Assembly (NCBI GenBank): GCA_046484865.1
Contig: JAWOID010000018.1
Coordinates: 77,631 to 141,630 of the forward strand
DNA from: Candidatus Krumholzibacteriia bacterium
Lineage (GTDB): Bacteria > Krumholzibacteriota > Krumholzibacteriia > LZORAL124-64-63
Length of the DNA stretch: 64,000 bases
Direction of reading: 5' to 3'
Below the pieces are notes generated by a model. The model was not told the origin of the DNA. It worked only from the letters and a program-made list of their open reading frames with translations, and did no database searches. The number at the start of each line of letters is the position of its first letter. Position 1 is the first letter of the stretch. Of the stretch, positions 1-9,542 are shown one piece after another. Both the position numbers and the translations under genes were made by a program.

Positions 1-361
1 GGCCGCCGCTTGCCACCAGCAACCGGTCTTCAGGCGCGATCAGATCGCCCAGCAACTCGCCCGTCTCGACCCGGAACACCGAGGTGCCGCAGGGCACGGG
101 GATGACCACGTCCTCGCCGGCGGCGCCCGTCCGGCGTTGCCCGCCGCCGGGTGAGCCGTCCTTGGCCTGGTAACGGCGGCGGTAGCGGAAGTCCATGAGC
201 GTGGTGCTGTCCGAGGTGGCCGCGAAGACCACGGAACCGCCGCGGCCCCCGTCGCCGCCGTCGGGGCCGCCCCGCGGGACGAACTTCTCGCGGCGGACGG
301 AGATGCAGCCGTCGCCGCCGCGACCGCCTGCCACGTGGATGATGGCGACGTCGATGAACAC
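1..361 (-). CDS. obgE: GTPase ObgE (5' part; runs off window edge)
   Basis: Not in the ORF track; read by hand. GTG at 361 with AGGAG upstream gives MFIDVAIIHVAGGRGGDGCISVRREKFVPRGGPDGGDGGRGGSV, the Gly-rich Obg N-terminus. Confidence 0.95.
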   Translation of the reverse strand, partial: MFIDVAIIHVAGGRGGDGCISVRREKFVPRGGPDGGDGGRGGSVVFAATSDSTTLMDFRYRRRYQAKDGSPGGGQRRTGAAGEDVVIPVPCGTSVFRVETGELLGDLIAPEDRLLVASGG

Positions 362-569
362 GTTCGCTCCTGGTTCCGTGCAGGGAACGCGGTCGCGTTC
401 GCCGCCGGTGGAAGCAAGGATGGTGCGCCGGGCACGCCATCGGGGACCGGACCGGACAACCCGTCGCTGCAGAGGCCGCAGACCCGCCGGCAGCGACCGC
501 CGCTCGGGCATGACTGCAGCCCCGTCCGCCGGCGGCGTCGCGGCACGGTGACGCCGGGTCCGCTCCCCG

Positions 570-1067
570 TCACTCGCGGGGGTCGGCGCGGCCGAGCGCG
601 CGGCGCAGACGATCGACCACCGCGGAGGGCACCAGTGCCTCCAGATCGCCGCCGTGGCGCGCCACGTCGCGCACGAGGGTGCTGCTGACCGCCGCCAGGT
701 CCGGTCGTGCTAGCAGGTAGACACACTCGAAATCCGGCGCCAGCAGCCGGTTCACGTTGGCCAGCGCCCACTCGTGCTCGTAGTCGCCGGAGGAGCGGAT
801 GCCGCGCACGACTCCCACGGCCCCGCGCCGCCGGACCTCGTCCACGAGCAGACCGCCGAACCCCTGCACGTCGCAGCCCGGCAGGCCCGTCGCGGCTGCG
901 CGGGCGAGTTCGACGCGTTCCGACACGGGCAGGAATGCGGCCTTGCCGGCTTCCGCGACCACCACCGTCACGCGGTCGAACAGCTTCAGCGCCCGCTGCA
1001 GGACATCCAGGTGGCCGCGGTGGAAGGGATCGAACGAACCCGGGTAGAGGACGTGACGGTCGTTCAT
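570..1067 (-). CDS. coaD: Phosphopantetheine adenylyltransferase
   Basis: YPGSFDPFHRGH motif, RGIR..DYEHE, VSSTLVR; 165 aa; next to rsmD as is common. Confidence 0.96.
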   Translation of the reverse strand: MNDRHVLYPGSFDPFHRGHLDVLQRALKLFDRVTVVVAEAGKAAFLPVSERVELARAAATGLPGCDVQGFGGLLVDEVRRRGAVGVVRGIRSSGDYEHEWALANVNRLLAPDFECVYLLARPDLAAVSSTLVRDVARHGGDLEALVPSAVVDRLRRALGRADPRE

Positions 1068-1076
1068 GCGGACTCC

Positions 1077-1682
1077 CTAGCTTCCGGGTGGCGGTTCCGC
1101 GCCGGGTTCGCCGGCGCCAGCGGGCTCGCTTTCGTCAGGTCGCAGGATCGTCAGCGCCGTCCGCCCGTACCGCCGTCGATCGGGCACGAGCGGCCCCACG
1201 GACGGCAACATCTCCTCCGCGGCGTGCTCCAGGGCCGCCGCGCGCAGGGGAACGCGCAGCGCCAGGTCGCCGATCCCGGCCGCCAGTTCCGCGGCGAGCC
1301 CGGTGCCGTAGGGGGGGTCCGCCACCACCAGCACGTCCTCCCCCGCCACGTCCCGCCCCGCGGCCGCCAGCCAGCGGCGCGCATCGGACCGCACCAGCCG
1401 GTATGTGGCGGGATCGGCTCCGCAGGCCGCCAGGTTCGCGGCGGTCAGTTCCAGCGAGCGCCGGTCGCGATCGACGAACACCGCCCGGACCGCCCCGCGG
1501 CTGAGCGCCTCGATCCCCAGTCCCCCGGCCCCGCAGCAGAGGTCGACCACCAGCACGCCCGGTACGTCCAGCGCCAGGATCGAGAAGAGCGCCTCCTTGA
1601 CGCGGTCGGCGGTGGGGCGCACGACCAGCCGCCGATCCATGCGCAGCCGTCGCCCGCGCCAGCGGCCGCCGCTGACTCTCAC
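1077..1682 (-). CDS. rsmD: 16S rRNA m2G966 methyltransferase RsmD
   Basis: RVSGGRWRGRRL, RPTADRVKEALF, DLCCGAGGLGIEALSRGA, DPPY, RRYG motifs. Start placed at GTG 1682 (alternative 1691). Confidence 0.92.
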   Translation of the reverse strand: MRVSGGRWRGRRLRMDRRLVVRPTADRVKEALFSILALDVPGVLVVDLCCGAGGLGIEALSRGAVRAVFVDRDRRSLELTAANLAACGADPATYRLVRSDARRWLAAAGRDVAGEDVLVVADPPYGTGLAAELAAGIGDLALRVPLRAAALEHAAEEMLPSVGPLVPDRRRYGRTALTILRPDESEPAGAGEPGAEPPPGS

Positions 1683-1746
1683 CCGACGCACCTTTCGTCG
1701 TCGTCCCGGGTTCCCGGTTCCCGTGCCGGGCGGCGGTCGCCGTCCG

Positions 1747-2304
1747 TCACGCCGCGGAGAGGGCGCCGCGTCTCCGCGAGAGCCGGCGACGCCAGATGAG
1801 ACCGCGCAGCAGCGCGGTCTGGGCCACGTCCCGCGGCGGCATGCGGTCGGTGCGTAGCCGGAAGTCCGCCGCCGCCGCGTACAGCGGCAACCTACGGGCA
1901 TGGAGCGATCGCAGGCCCTCCCACCCCAGCAACTGGATCAGCGACCGCGCCCCGGCGCCCGTCGGGCCGACCTCGAGCCGCGCCCGCAGCACCTCCCAGG
2001 GAGCATCCAGCCAGAAGACCGCACCGCGTTCCCGCAGCAATCCGACCGCTTCGCCGCTCTCCACCACGCCACCGCCGGCCGCCAGGATCAGCGATGGAGC
2101 CGCGCTCAGCCGGGTGAGCGTCTCCAGTTCGAGGCCGCGGAGCCCCGCCTCTCCTTCGCGTCTGGAGAGTTCCGCCAGCGTCGCGCCCGAGGTGCGCTCG
2201 ATCTCGTCGTCCAGGTCCAGCGCCACGCGCCCGGTGGCGCGTCGCAGATGCCTGGCCGCGGTACTCTTGCCGCTGCCCATGAAACCGATGAACGTCGTCC
2301 ACAT
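1747..2304 (-). CDS. aroK: Shikimate kinase
   Basis: IGFMGSGKST P-loop, DLDDEIE, GGGVV, RLPLY; downstream of pilQ as in many genomes. Confidence 0.9.
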   Translation of the reverse strand: MWTTFIGFMGSGKSTAARHLRRATGRVALDLDDEIERTSGATLAELSRREGEAGLRGLELETLTRLSAAPSLILAAGGGVVESGEAVGLLRERGAVFWLDAPWEVLRARLEVGPTGAGARSLIQLLGWEGLRSLHARRLPLYAAAADFRLRTDRMPPRDVAQTALLRGLIWRRRLSRRRGALSAA

Positions 2305-2391
2305 GGCAACCCCCGGCCCGCTGCCGGCTCCGGTCCGGCGCGGCGACCGGCCTCCGGATGACGGCCGATCGACCGCGCGCCGATAGTAGGG

Positions 2392-2428
2392 AAAAAGCCG
2401 GACCGGAGCAAGGTCGCTCCGGTCCGGC
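2392..2428 (-). terminator. Rho-independent terminator after pilQ
   Basis: Minus strand reads GCCGGACCGGAGC-GACCTT-GCTCCGGTCCGGC-TTTTT: a 13-bp perfect stem followed by a U-tract. Confidence 0.88.
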
Positions 2429-2452
2429 GGGAAGGGCTCCGTGCGAGCGCGG

Positions 2453-3826
2453 CTAGAAGAACGCGGGCTCCTGCAGGGAACGCTGCTCCAGCGGCTCTTC
2501 CCCGTAGTACAGGCTGCCGCGATTCAGGTATTCGGACGTGATGATGCGCGGCGTGACGAAGATCACCAGCTCACGCTCGGCACGCGTCCTCGAGGTGTGC
2601 TTGAAGAGCTGCCCCAGCAGGGGAATGTCCTTCAGCACCGGCACGCCCTTCTCGTAACTGGACTCGACGTCGCGGATCAGGCCGGCGATGATGGCCGTCG
2701 CACCGTTCTCCACGAGCACCCGGGTGTCCGCCTCGTTGGTGTTGATGATCACGCCGCCCTGCACCGTGGCCTGGCTGGAGAGGTCGCTGACCTCGTTGTG
2801 GATGTCCAGCGTGATCTTGTCGGGGCTGTTGATGTGCGGCGTCACCAGCATCTGGATGCCGATCGTGGTGAGCTGCGTGATGGCGTTGCCGGCCTCGTCC
2901 GAGACGATCAGCGGGATCTTCTGCCCCACCAGGATCTTCGCCTCGCGGTTGTCGGCGGTGGTCACCACCGGATTGCTGATCAGCCGGGCCTTGTTGTTCT
3001 GCTGCATGGCCTCGAGCTTGGCCATCAGGTCGCCGTAGGACTGCACGGTGCCGATGCGGAAGTCGCCCGACGGATCCTGCACCGGGCTGGAGACCGTGGC
3101 GCTCCCCACCACGTTGCCGCCGTCCGGCTTGAAGTTGGCGATTCCCCAGCTGATGCCCAGCTCGCGCGTGGCCCGCGTGTCCATGTCCACCAGGCGGGCG
3201 TTGATCTCCACCTGAGGCGTCTCGGTGTCGAGCCTGAGCGCCATGTCCTCCATGATCGCCACCCGCTCCGGGATGTCGTTGATCAGGATGGCGTTGGTGC
3301 GGGTGTCGACGTCGATCTTCCCGCGCGAGGTGAGCATGTCCTCGAGCGTGCCCTTCACCTCGGCGGCGTTGGCGTAGTGGAGCGTGACCATGCCCATCGT
3401 GAGCTTCTCCAGGTCAGCCACGCTGCGGTCCGCCTGCTTCTCGGCCAGCCTCTCCTGTCGCAGTGCGTCGGCAGAGTCCACCCGGAAGATGCCGTTCTCC
3501 ACCACGTAATCGAAGCTGTGCGCCCGCAGGATCACGCCGAGGGCCTTCTGCCAGGGCACGTCCTCGAGCTTGACCGTGACCTTGCCCTGCACGCGCGGCG
3601 ACGCCACGATGTTCGTCCCCGAGAAGCTCGCCAGGCTGCGCAGGACGGTGCCGATGTCGGCGTCCTGCACGTCGAGGGAGATGGGGCGGCTGTGGTCCGC
3701 CGGCACCGTGACCGTTGCAGCCAGGTCCGTCTGCTGGGCGAGCGCCGGGCAGGCCGCCAGCAGCACGGTCAGCGCCGCCAGGGCGGACCAGGGCTTCCTT
3801 GCCATAGGTCGCGTCCGACCGATCAT
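2453..3826 (-). CDS. pilQ: Type IV pilus secretin PilQ (short, no AMIN domains)
   Basis: Signal peptide, ISLDVQDADI N0 domain, DTRTNAILIND, secretin motif GVPVLKDIPLLGQLFK..ELVIFVTPRII; last gene of pilMNOPQ. Start may be ATG about 7 codons downstream. Confidence 0.93.
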   Translation of the reverse strand: MIGRTRPMARKPWSALAALTVLLAACPALAQQTDLAATVTVPADHSRPISLDVQDADIGTVLRSLASFSGTNIVASPRVQGKVTVKLEDVPWQKALGVILRAHSFDYVVENGIFRVDSADALRQERLAEKQADRSVADLEKLTMGMVTLHYANAAEVKGTLEDMLTSRGKIDVDTRTNAILINDIPERVAIMEDMALRLDTETPQVEINARLVDMDTRATRELGISWGIANFKPDGGNVVGSATVSSPVQDPSGDFRIGTVQSYGDLMAKLEAMQQNNKARLISNPVVTTADNREAKILVGQKIPLIVSDEAGNAITQLTTIGIQMLVTPHINSPDKITLDIHNEVSDLSSQATVQGGVIINTNEADTRVLVENGATAIIAGLIRDVESSYEKGVPVLKDIPLLGQLFKHTSRTRAERELVIFVTPRIITSEYLNRGSLYYGEEPLEQRSLQEPAFF

Positions 3827-3830
3827 GATG

Positions 3831-4343
3831 TTACCCCTCCGTTCTGTCGAGCTTGAGGACCACCGTGTTGGCGATCCCGTACAGGACGACGCGCGCGGTC
3901 AACCGATCCTCGCTCACCGCGGTGACGCGGCCGTTGCGGACCCGGTCGCCGAGGCGCAGGATGTAGCCGAACCCGTCCGTGTCCTCCACCAGGGCGAAAT
4001 GGTCGTCGGCACCCCACATGACGCCGACGAGCCTGGCGGTATTCAGATCCACCAGTTCAGCACCGGTGGCCGGCTGGTAATCGCCGGACACCAGGACCCC
4101 GAACGGGTCCGGCTTGCCGAAGGACTGGTAGAAGAACTCGTTGCGGCGGATCTGGTTGATCCGCTCGCGCGCTTCCTGCGACGGCGACGACGACTCGTCC
4201 GTGACGTCGCGGTTCAGCGTCGCAGGCGACTCCGTGGGCGCGGCCACCGCCGCATCCTGCGCGCGGACTCCGGTCGCTCCCGTGGCACAGACCACCAGGA
4301 ACCAGCCGAGCGCCAGCGCGATCATGCTCTGCTTCCGCGTCAT
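3831..4343 (-). CDS. pilP: Pilus assembly protein PilP-like
   Basis: KPDPF motif, LVGVMWG...ALVEDTDGFGYILRLGDRVRNGRV beta domain; lies between pilO and pilQ. ATG 4343 with GGAGG RBS. Confidence 0.8.
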   Translation of the reverse strand: MTRKQSMIALALGWFLVVCATGATGVRAQDAAVAAPTESPATLNRDVTDESSSPSQEARERINQIRRNEFFYQSFGKPDPFGVLVSGDYQPATGAELVDLNTARLVGVMWGADDHFALVEDTDGFGYILRLGDRVRNGRVTAVSEDRLTARVVLYGIANTVVLKLDRTEG

Positions 4344-4356
4344 CCTCCGCCCCCTT

Positions 4357-5049
4357 CTAGTGCCGCGCCCTGGCGGCGGTGCTGGCCTGGGTCGTCCCGT
4401 CGACCCCGGCATCGCCGCCGGCGTCCGTGGCTCCCGATCTGGCGAGTTCGCGCGTCTGTGCGGGCTCCCCGGGCACCCCTCCGCCGAGGGTGTAGGCGGT
4501 CAGACGGAATGTGGTCTCCACGCCGCCCACCTCTTCGTCCTTGCCCTCGCGGCCACGCATCTGCAGGCTGCTCACGTTGACGATCCGGTTGAGATTCGCG
4601 AGCCGGCTCAGGAAGACGCCGGTCTGGTGGTATCCGCCCAGGACCCGCACCTCGACCGGGTTGTCCGTGTAGAAACCGCGGGGCAACGGGTCCTGGGGCC
4701 GGAACAGGTCGAATTCCACGCCGGACTGCTGCCCCGCCGCCGTGACCTTGCGCAGCAGATTGGGCATCTCGTTCTGCTCCGGCAGCAGGGTCTGCGCCAC
4801 CTTCCACTGCTCGTGGAGGATGGCGTACTCCTGTTCCACGCGCTCGAGGTTGCGCACCAGCAGGCGCGCCTTCTCGAGGTCGCGACTCAGCACCTGGTGG
4901 CGCGCCTCCAGTTGCTCCACGTTCGTCTGCCGCGCCGCGTGGGTGAACGGCGCGACCGTGGACGCGAAGTCCAGGGGCACGACCGTCACCACCACCAGGA
5001 TGGCGATCGCCCAGCGCAGGAAACGGGGATCCTTGACGTCGATGTTCAT
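4357..5049 (-). CDS. pilO: Type IV pilus alignment protein PilO
   Basis: TM segment plus coiled coil, LLPEQNEMPNLL, GGYHQTGVFLSRLANLNRIVNV. Confidence 0.92.
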   Translation of the reverse strand: MNIDVKDPRFLRWAIAILVVVTVVPLDFASTVAPFTHAARQTNVEQLEARHQVLSRDLEKARLLVRNLERVEQEYAILHEQWKVAQTLLPEQNEMPNLLRKVTAAGQQSGVEFDLFRPQDPLPRGFYTDNPVEVRVLGGYHQTGVFLSRLANLNRIVNVSSLQMRGREGKDEEVGGVETTFRLTAYTLGGGVPGEPAQTRELARSGATDAGGDAGVDGTTQASTAARARH

Positions 5050-5061
5050 GCGAAGCTCTCC

Positions 5062-5640
5062 TCAGCCGCCGAAACCGACGTCCGGCGCATGGCGCACGGC
5101 CGTGGTCTGGGCCTTGAACTTGACCACCTTCACCTCGCCGATCATCCCCTTCTCGGCCACGAGCAGGTCGACGCCGGCGAAGTACGGCGACAGCGCCAGG
5201 TTCTGCAGGAAATCGCTGACCAGGAAGTTCGAGAACGTCACGCCCTCCACCGCGTAGCGGTCGCCGCCGACGTCCTCGAAGCGGGTCAGCCAGAGGTGGC
5301 CCGGCAGGCTGCGGTTCAGCTCGTCGAGCAGGTGCACCCGGTGGTAGCGGTCGCGGTCGAGCTGCGTGATCGCGTCGAGACGCTCGTTCAGGTCCTGCCG
5401 CTGCTCGTTCAGCCGCTTGATCTTCGCGATCTCCGGCGCCAGGCGGCGGCTCTCGGCCTCTTCCTGGGCGATGACCTGCTCGAGCTGTGCGGTCTTCTGA
5501 TCCTGGTAGAAGTGGGCCGCGCCGATGCCGGCGGCCGCCACGAGCACCATTGCCACCGGCGCGAAGGCGCCCAGGTTCGGCAGGGCGATGCCGCGCTTGG
5601 CCGGGGCCTCCTCACGGGGCAGCAGGTTGATCCGGATCAT
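5062..5640 (-). CDS. pilN: Type IV pilus alignment protein PilN
   Basis: MIRINLLP PilM-binding motif, TM segment, coiled coil, LPGHLWLT. Confidence 0.95.
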   Translation of the reverse strand: MIRINLLPREEAPAKRGIALPNLGAFAPVAMVLVAAAGIGAAHFYQDQKTAQLEQVIAQEEAESRRLAPEIAKIKRLNEQRQDLNERLDAITQLDRDRYHRVHLLDELNRSLPGHLWLTRFEDVGGDRYAVEGVTFSNFLVSDFLQNLALSPYFAGVDLLVAEKGMIGEVKVVKFKAQTTAVRHAPDVGFGG

Positions 5641-6818
5641 GCCTCCACCGCCTTTCGCAGGGCCAGCCCCACGCCGACCGCGAGCATGGGACTCAGCTCG
5701 GCGGGATCCTGTTCACCGAACAGCTCCGGGTCGAACTCGAGGACGGCCAGCGGATCTGCGAACTCGCTGGGGACGCTGTAGCAGTCCGCCAGGTACTCGC
5801 GCAGGCCCGGGAGCTTGGCGCCGCCACCGCTGAGCACGATGCGATCGATCCCCTCCGCCTCGCCCGACGTCTTGAGATACGACAGGGACGGTTCCAGTCC
5901 CTGGAAGATCTCCGCGCCGACGCTGCGGACGATGTCCTGCACCAGCTGGGCGTCCACGTCGCGCGTGTTCCCGCGCGCCACCGTCTGGGCGGTCTCGTAG
6001 CTGAGGCCGAGCTGCTTCTGGAATTCCTCGACGAAGTGGCTCGTGCCCACCGGCAGGTCGCGGGTGAAGTACGGCACGCCGTCGCGCACGATGTGCACGT
6101 TGGTCACGCCGCCGCCGACGTCCAGCAGGGCCACGAACTCGCCGTGGTTGGGCGACCCGCTCCCGTCGTCGCCGGCGTCGGCGTCGTCCAGGTCGGCGTC
6201 CAGCCCGTCTTCGGCCAGCTCGTCGCCCAGGTCGGGCGCCTCGAGCATCGGGCCGATCGGCGCCACGGCGCCCGCGACGAGCTGCTCCCAGGCGTTCTGG
6301 TTGGCGAAGGACGCCACGTCGATGACCAGCGGCTGGAAGCCGGCATCGCGGATCAGTTCCGCGTGGCCCAGCACCATGTCCTTCTTGGCCGCCACCAGCA
6401 GGAGTTCCATCTGTCCCGCGCCGATGTCGCCCTTGAGGATCTGGAAATCGATGCTGATGTCGTCGATGTCGAAGGGGACGTGCTGCTCGGCCTCCCAGTA
6501 GATGGCCTCGCGGGCGTCCTCCTCGCTCATCCTGTCCATCACGATCTTCTTGACGATCACGGCGCGTCCGGAGACCGCGCTGGCCACCGGCTCCTCCGGC
6601 AGACCCGCCCGGTCGGCGCACTGCCTGATGGCCTGGATCACGAGCTCGCGATCCATGATCTCGCCGTCCACGATGGCCTCGGGCGGCATGTCCACCATGG
6701 CGAAGTGCGTGATCCGGGGCTGCTCCCCCGTGGTGTCCAGGCGGATGCACTTCACCACGCTCGACCCGATGTCGAGGCCGATGAGGCTCTTCCGCTTGGG
6801 CTTGAGGAATCCGAACAT
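5637..6818 (-). CDS. pilM: Type IV pilus assembly protein PilM (actin-like)
   Basis: IGLDIGSSVVK, EAEQHVPFDI, LLDVGGG, LSGGGAKLPGL, AVGVGLALR. True start is ATG 6818 inside the longer ORF, with GGAGG RBS. Confidence 0.95.
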   Translation of the reverse strand: MFGFLKPKRKSLIGLDIGSSVVKCIRLDTTGEQPRITHFAMVDMPPEAIVDGEIMDRELVIQAIRQCADRAGLPEEPVASAVSGRAVIVKKIVMDRMSEEDAREAIYWEAEQHVPFDIDDISIDFQILKGDIGAGQMELLLVAAKKDMVLGHAELIRDAGFQPLVIDVASFANQNAWEQLVAGAVAPIGPMLEAPDLGDELAEDGLDADLDDADAGDDGSGSPNHGEFVALLDVGGGVTNVHIVRDGVPYFTRDLPVGTSHFVEEFQKQLGLSYETAQTVARGNTRDVDAQLVQDIVRSVGAEIFQGLEPSLSYLKTSGEAEGIDRIVLSGGGAKLPGLREYLADCYSVPSEFADPLAVLEFDPELFGEQDPAELSPMLAVGVGLALRKAVEA

Positions 6819-6906
6819 GGTGAACCGCCTCCGCCGTTTCGGTCCTGCCGTGCGTGCTCCCGGCTCGCCGCTGCCTCGGCCGCGACGCGCCGGTGGAACT
6901 CCGCGG

Positions 6907-6921
6907 GCAACATGCATGCCA
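6907..6921 (-). promoter_or_regulatory. sigma54 (-24/-12) promoter for pilMNOPQ
   Basis: TGGCAT-GCATG-TTGC matches TGGCAC-N5-TTGC, about 90 bp upstream of pilM. Confidence 0.7.
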
Positions 6922-7222
6922 CTGAGAGCATCGGCCGCCGATGCGGTCGCTTGAGCCTCGACATGGCCCCTGGCGGCGATTATCGGGGGGTCTGGGGAAA
7001 CGGACCGCGCCTGCTGTCCACCATACCGTGCGATCCGCAACGCGAAGCCCTCCCGGCGCCGTTCAGGACGCAGCGCACGTGGGCGATTTCTGCCTACGGG
7101 GGCGGTGGAAAGGTCCAGGCGGCCGCGCCCGGGGCGCGGTCCAGCGAGGATGGCTGAGTTCGTGGTTGCCCCTGCCACCCGGATTGCGTGACCGGGGCCG
7201 GAAACATCCTTCGTGGAATCAC

Positions 7223-8014
7223 TCAACCGGTCTGCAGGAGGCCCGCATACCAGCGGAAGAGCGGCTCTCCCGCCATCAGCACCAGGACGGCGGCCGCCGC
7301 CAGGAAGGTGCCGAACGGCAATCGTGCAGTGCCGTCGAGCCGGCCGCGCTGGAGGACCAGGACGTAGACGGTGCCCAGGAGAGAGCCGCCGAACAGGACC
7401 GCGACGGCTCCCCAGGGACCGACGAAGGCTCCGATCATGCCCATCAGCATCACGTCGCCGAAGCCCATCCCCACCACGCCGCGGACTGCCCGGTAGCCGT
7501 ACGCCAGCGCGAGCACGATGCCCGCGCCCACGGCCGCTCCCAGCACCGCGTCCATCAGTGTCCGTCCGTCCGCCAGCGTCGCAGCCAGCGCGACGGCCAG
7601 CCCGGACAGCGTGACGGTGTGCGGGATGATCATGTGCTGCCAGTCGACCACCGCCACCACGAGCAGCAGCAGCAGGAACACTCCGGCGGCAAGGCCGGTC
7701 GGGTTGGCGCCGAAGCGCACGAGCCCCGCGGCCAGACAGAGCGCGCCGGCCGCCTCCACGGCGGGATAGCGCCAGGAGATGGCGGCATGGCACTGCCGGC
7801 AGCGGCCCCGGAGCAGCAGCCAGCTCAGCACCGGAACGTTGTCGTGCCAGGCGACCTGGGCTCGGCAGGCAGGACAGAAGGACCGAGGGCCCATCACGCT
7901 GAGGTTCCGGGGCAGACGATAGATGAGCACGTTCGCGAAGCTGCCGAGACAGGCGCCCATCAGGGCGGCGGCCGCCAGGATCAGCGGCAGCGGCAGCAGC
8001 GAGGCAGAGGACAT
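7223..8014 (-). CDS. pilD: Prepilin peptidase/N-methyltransferase
   Basis: GSFANVLIYRLP, RSFCPAC and GRCRQC zinc motifs, VDWQHMIIP and GMGFGDV aspartates, LPFGTFL. Confidence 0.96.
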   Translation of the reverse strand: MSSASLLPLPLILAAAALMGACLGSFANVLIYRLPRNLSVMGPRSFCPACRAQVAWHDNVPVLSWLLLRGRCRQCHAAISWRYPAVEAAGALCLAAGLVRFGANPTGLAAGVFLLLLLVVAVVDWQHMIIPHTVTLSGLAVALAATLADGRTLMDAVLGAAVGAGIVLALAYGYRAVRGVVGMGFGDVMLMGMIGAFVGPWGAVAVLFGGSLLGTVYVLVLQRGRLDGTARLPFGTFLAAAAVLVLMAGEPLFRWYAGLLQTG

Positions 8015-8736
8015 CACGGGGCGGCCTCCGGATCGGCGAGGGTTGCCGCTGCGGGCGGCGAAGCGGCGGGGCCGGCGCTCAGCTCGGCCTCGATCTTGGC
8101 GACGTGCTCCTCGGCCAGCGTCCGCAACTCGGGGCTCGCGGATGTCGCGGCCAGGTGGCGCCACAGCGCCAGAGATCCGTTCAGGTCGCCCGACTGGCGC
8201 CGGGCGTACGCGGCGAACCGCTGGTGGAACTCGCTGGCCTCGGGAGCCGCCGCCGCGGCGTCGAACCAGACCCGGGCGCGAGGCGTGTTCTTCTCGAAGA
8301 CATAGTACAGGAAACCGGCATGGAAGGGCAGGCTCGCCGCCGACGGATTGTGCAGGATGCCGGCGCGCAGCACCGCCACCGCCCGGGGGATATCGCCCAG
8401 GTCGAGGCAGGCCACCAGCGACGAGAAGTAGTAGGCCTCGACGAACCGCGGATCCAGGCGGGTCACCGCATCGACCAGGAGGTCGAAGTAGCGCATATCG
8501 TGCTCGCCCTTGCGATACCCACCATAGTACTGGACCAGCTCGAACCAGAGGTAGTCGGCCGCCATCTCGCGGAAGCCGCAGGCCGCCTCGCGCAGGAAGC
8601 GGCCGCTGGGGAAGTACAGCCGCTCGTCGCGCCCGGCGCGGTCGAGTTCCTGGTCGTAGGCCTGCAGCGCTCCCACGCAGACGAGCGCGAGGGCGATCGT
8701 CAGCGCGGCCGGGCCGACGCGTCCCCCCGCTCTCAT
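8014..8736 (-). CDS. Pilus-associated membrane-anchored TPR-like protein (PilG/Xap-like)
   Basis: N-terminal TM, LYFPSGRFLR...GFREMAADYLWFELVQYYG, LDPRF; sits with the ABC pair between the pilins and pilD, like Myxococcus pilGHI. Confidence 0.6.
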   Translation of the reverse strand: MRAGGRVGPAALTIALALVCVGALQAYDQELDRAGRDERLYFPSGRFLREAACGFREMAADYLWFELVQYYGGYRKGEHDMRYFDLLVDAVTRLDPRFVEAYYFSSLVACLDLGDIPRAVAVLRAGILHNPSAASLPFHAGFLYYVFEKNTPRARVWFDAAAAAPEASEFHQRFAAYARRQSGDLNGSLALWRHLAATSASPELRTLAEEHVAKIEAELSAGPAASPPAAATLADPEAAP

Positions 8737-9542
8737 CGCAGCTCCTTGCGCGCAAAGACCGCACCCGCCGCCACCAGGAGCAGCGCCGTGTAGGCGAGTC
8801 CGTAGACCGTGGCGATCAGCAGGTGCTCGCCCGAGACGGTGTCGCCGTGCACCACGGCCCCCCGCACGTTGAACATCTCCAGGTTCGGCAGCACGTGGTA
8901 GACGATTTCGCCCACCCGGGCGTAGGCCTCGCTCCCGACCGCCTGGCCGAAGCTGCGCAGCGATTCGCTCATGTGACCCATCGCGTAGAAGCCGAGAGCG
9001 AGCACGGCCGCCAGCGCCGGCGACATCAGCGCGGAGAACAGGGACACCGCCGCGTTGACGAGCATCAGTTCCAGGAAGGCGAGGTAGATGGCCGGCAGGT
9101 AACGAGCCGTCACGCCGCCGGGGGTCAGCAGCAGGACCAGGAAGAAGAGCGCCCCCATGATGCCCATCATGCAGAGCAGCGTGAGGTTCAGGCCGCAGAA
9201 CTTGCCCAGCAGGTACGTGCGGCGGGCGAGCGGCTTGGCGAGGATGGTGGTGATGGTGCGCCGGTCGATCTCCTTGCGCACCATGTTGCTGCCGACGAGG
9301 ATCGCCACCAGCAGGCCGAACAGCGACATCGCGCCCAGCCCCACGTCGCTGACGATCTTGTCCTGGGCGCCGATGGTCAGCGGCGAGATCACGACGCTGC
9401 TGGCGACCAGCACGAACCCGAAGGCCCCCACCAGGTAGAAGATCCGGTCGCGGACAGTCTCGCGGTAGGTGTTCACGGCGACGGCGAACACGTGGGATGC
9501 CACCGGGCCCAGCGGCAAGCGCGTCGGTGTGCGGAACTCCAT
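8733..9542 (-). CDS. ABC-2 type permease (PilI-like)
   Basis: Six TM segments, NTYRETVRDR, EIDRRTITTILAKPLARRTYLLGKF, FARKELR. Confidence 0.88.
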   Translation of the reverse strand: MEFRTPTRLPLGPVASHVFAVAVNTYRETVRDRIFYLVGAFGFVLVASSVVISPLTIGAQDKIVSDVGLGAMSLFGLLVAILVGSNMVRKEIDRRTITTILAKPLARRTYLLGKFCGLNLTLLCMMGIMGALFFLVLLLTPGGVTARYLPAIYLAFLELMLVNAAVSLFSALMSPALAAVLALGFYAMGHMSESLRSFGQAVGSEAYARVGEIVYHVLPNLEMFNVRGAVVHGDTVSGEHLLIATVYGLAYTALLLVAAGAVFARKELR

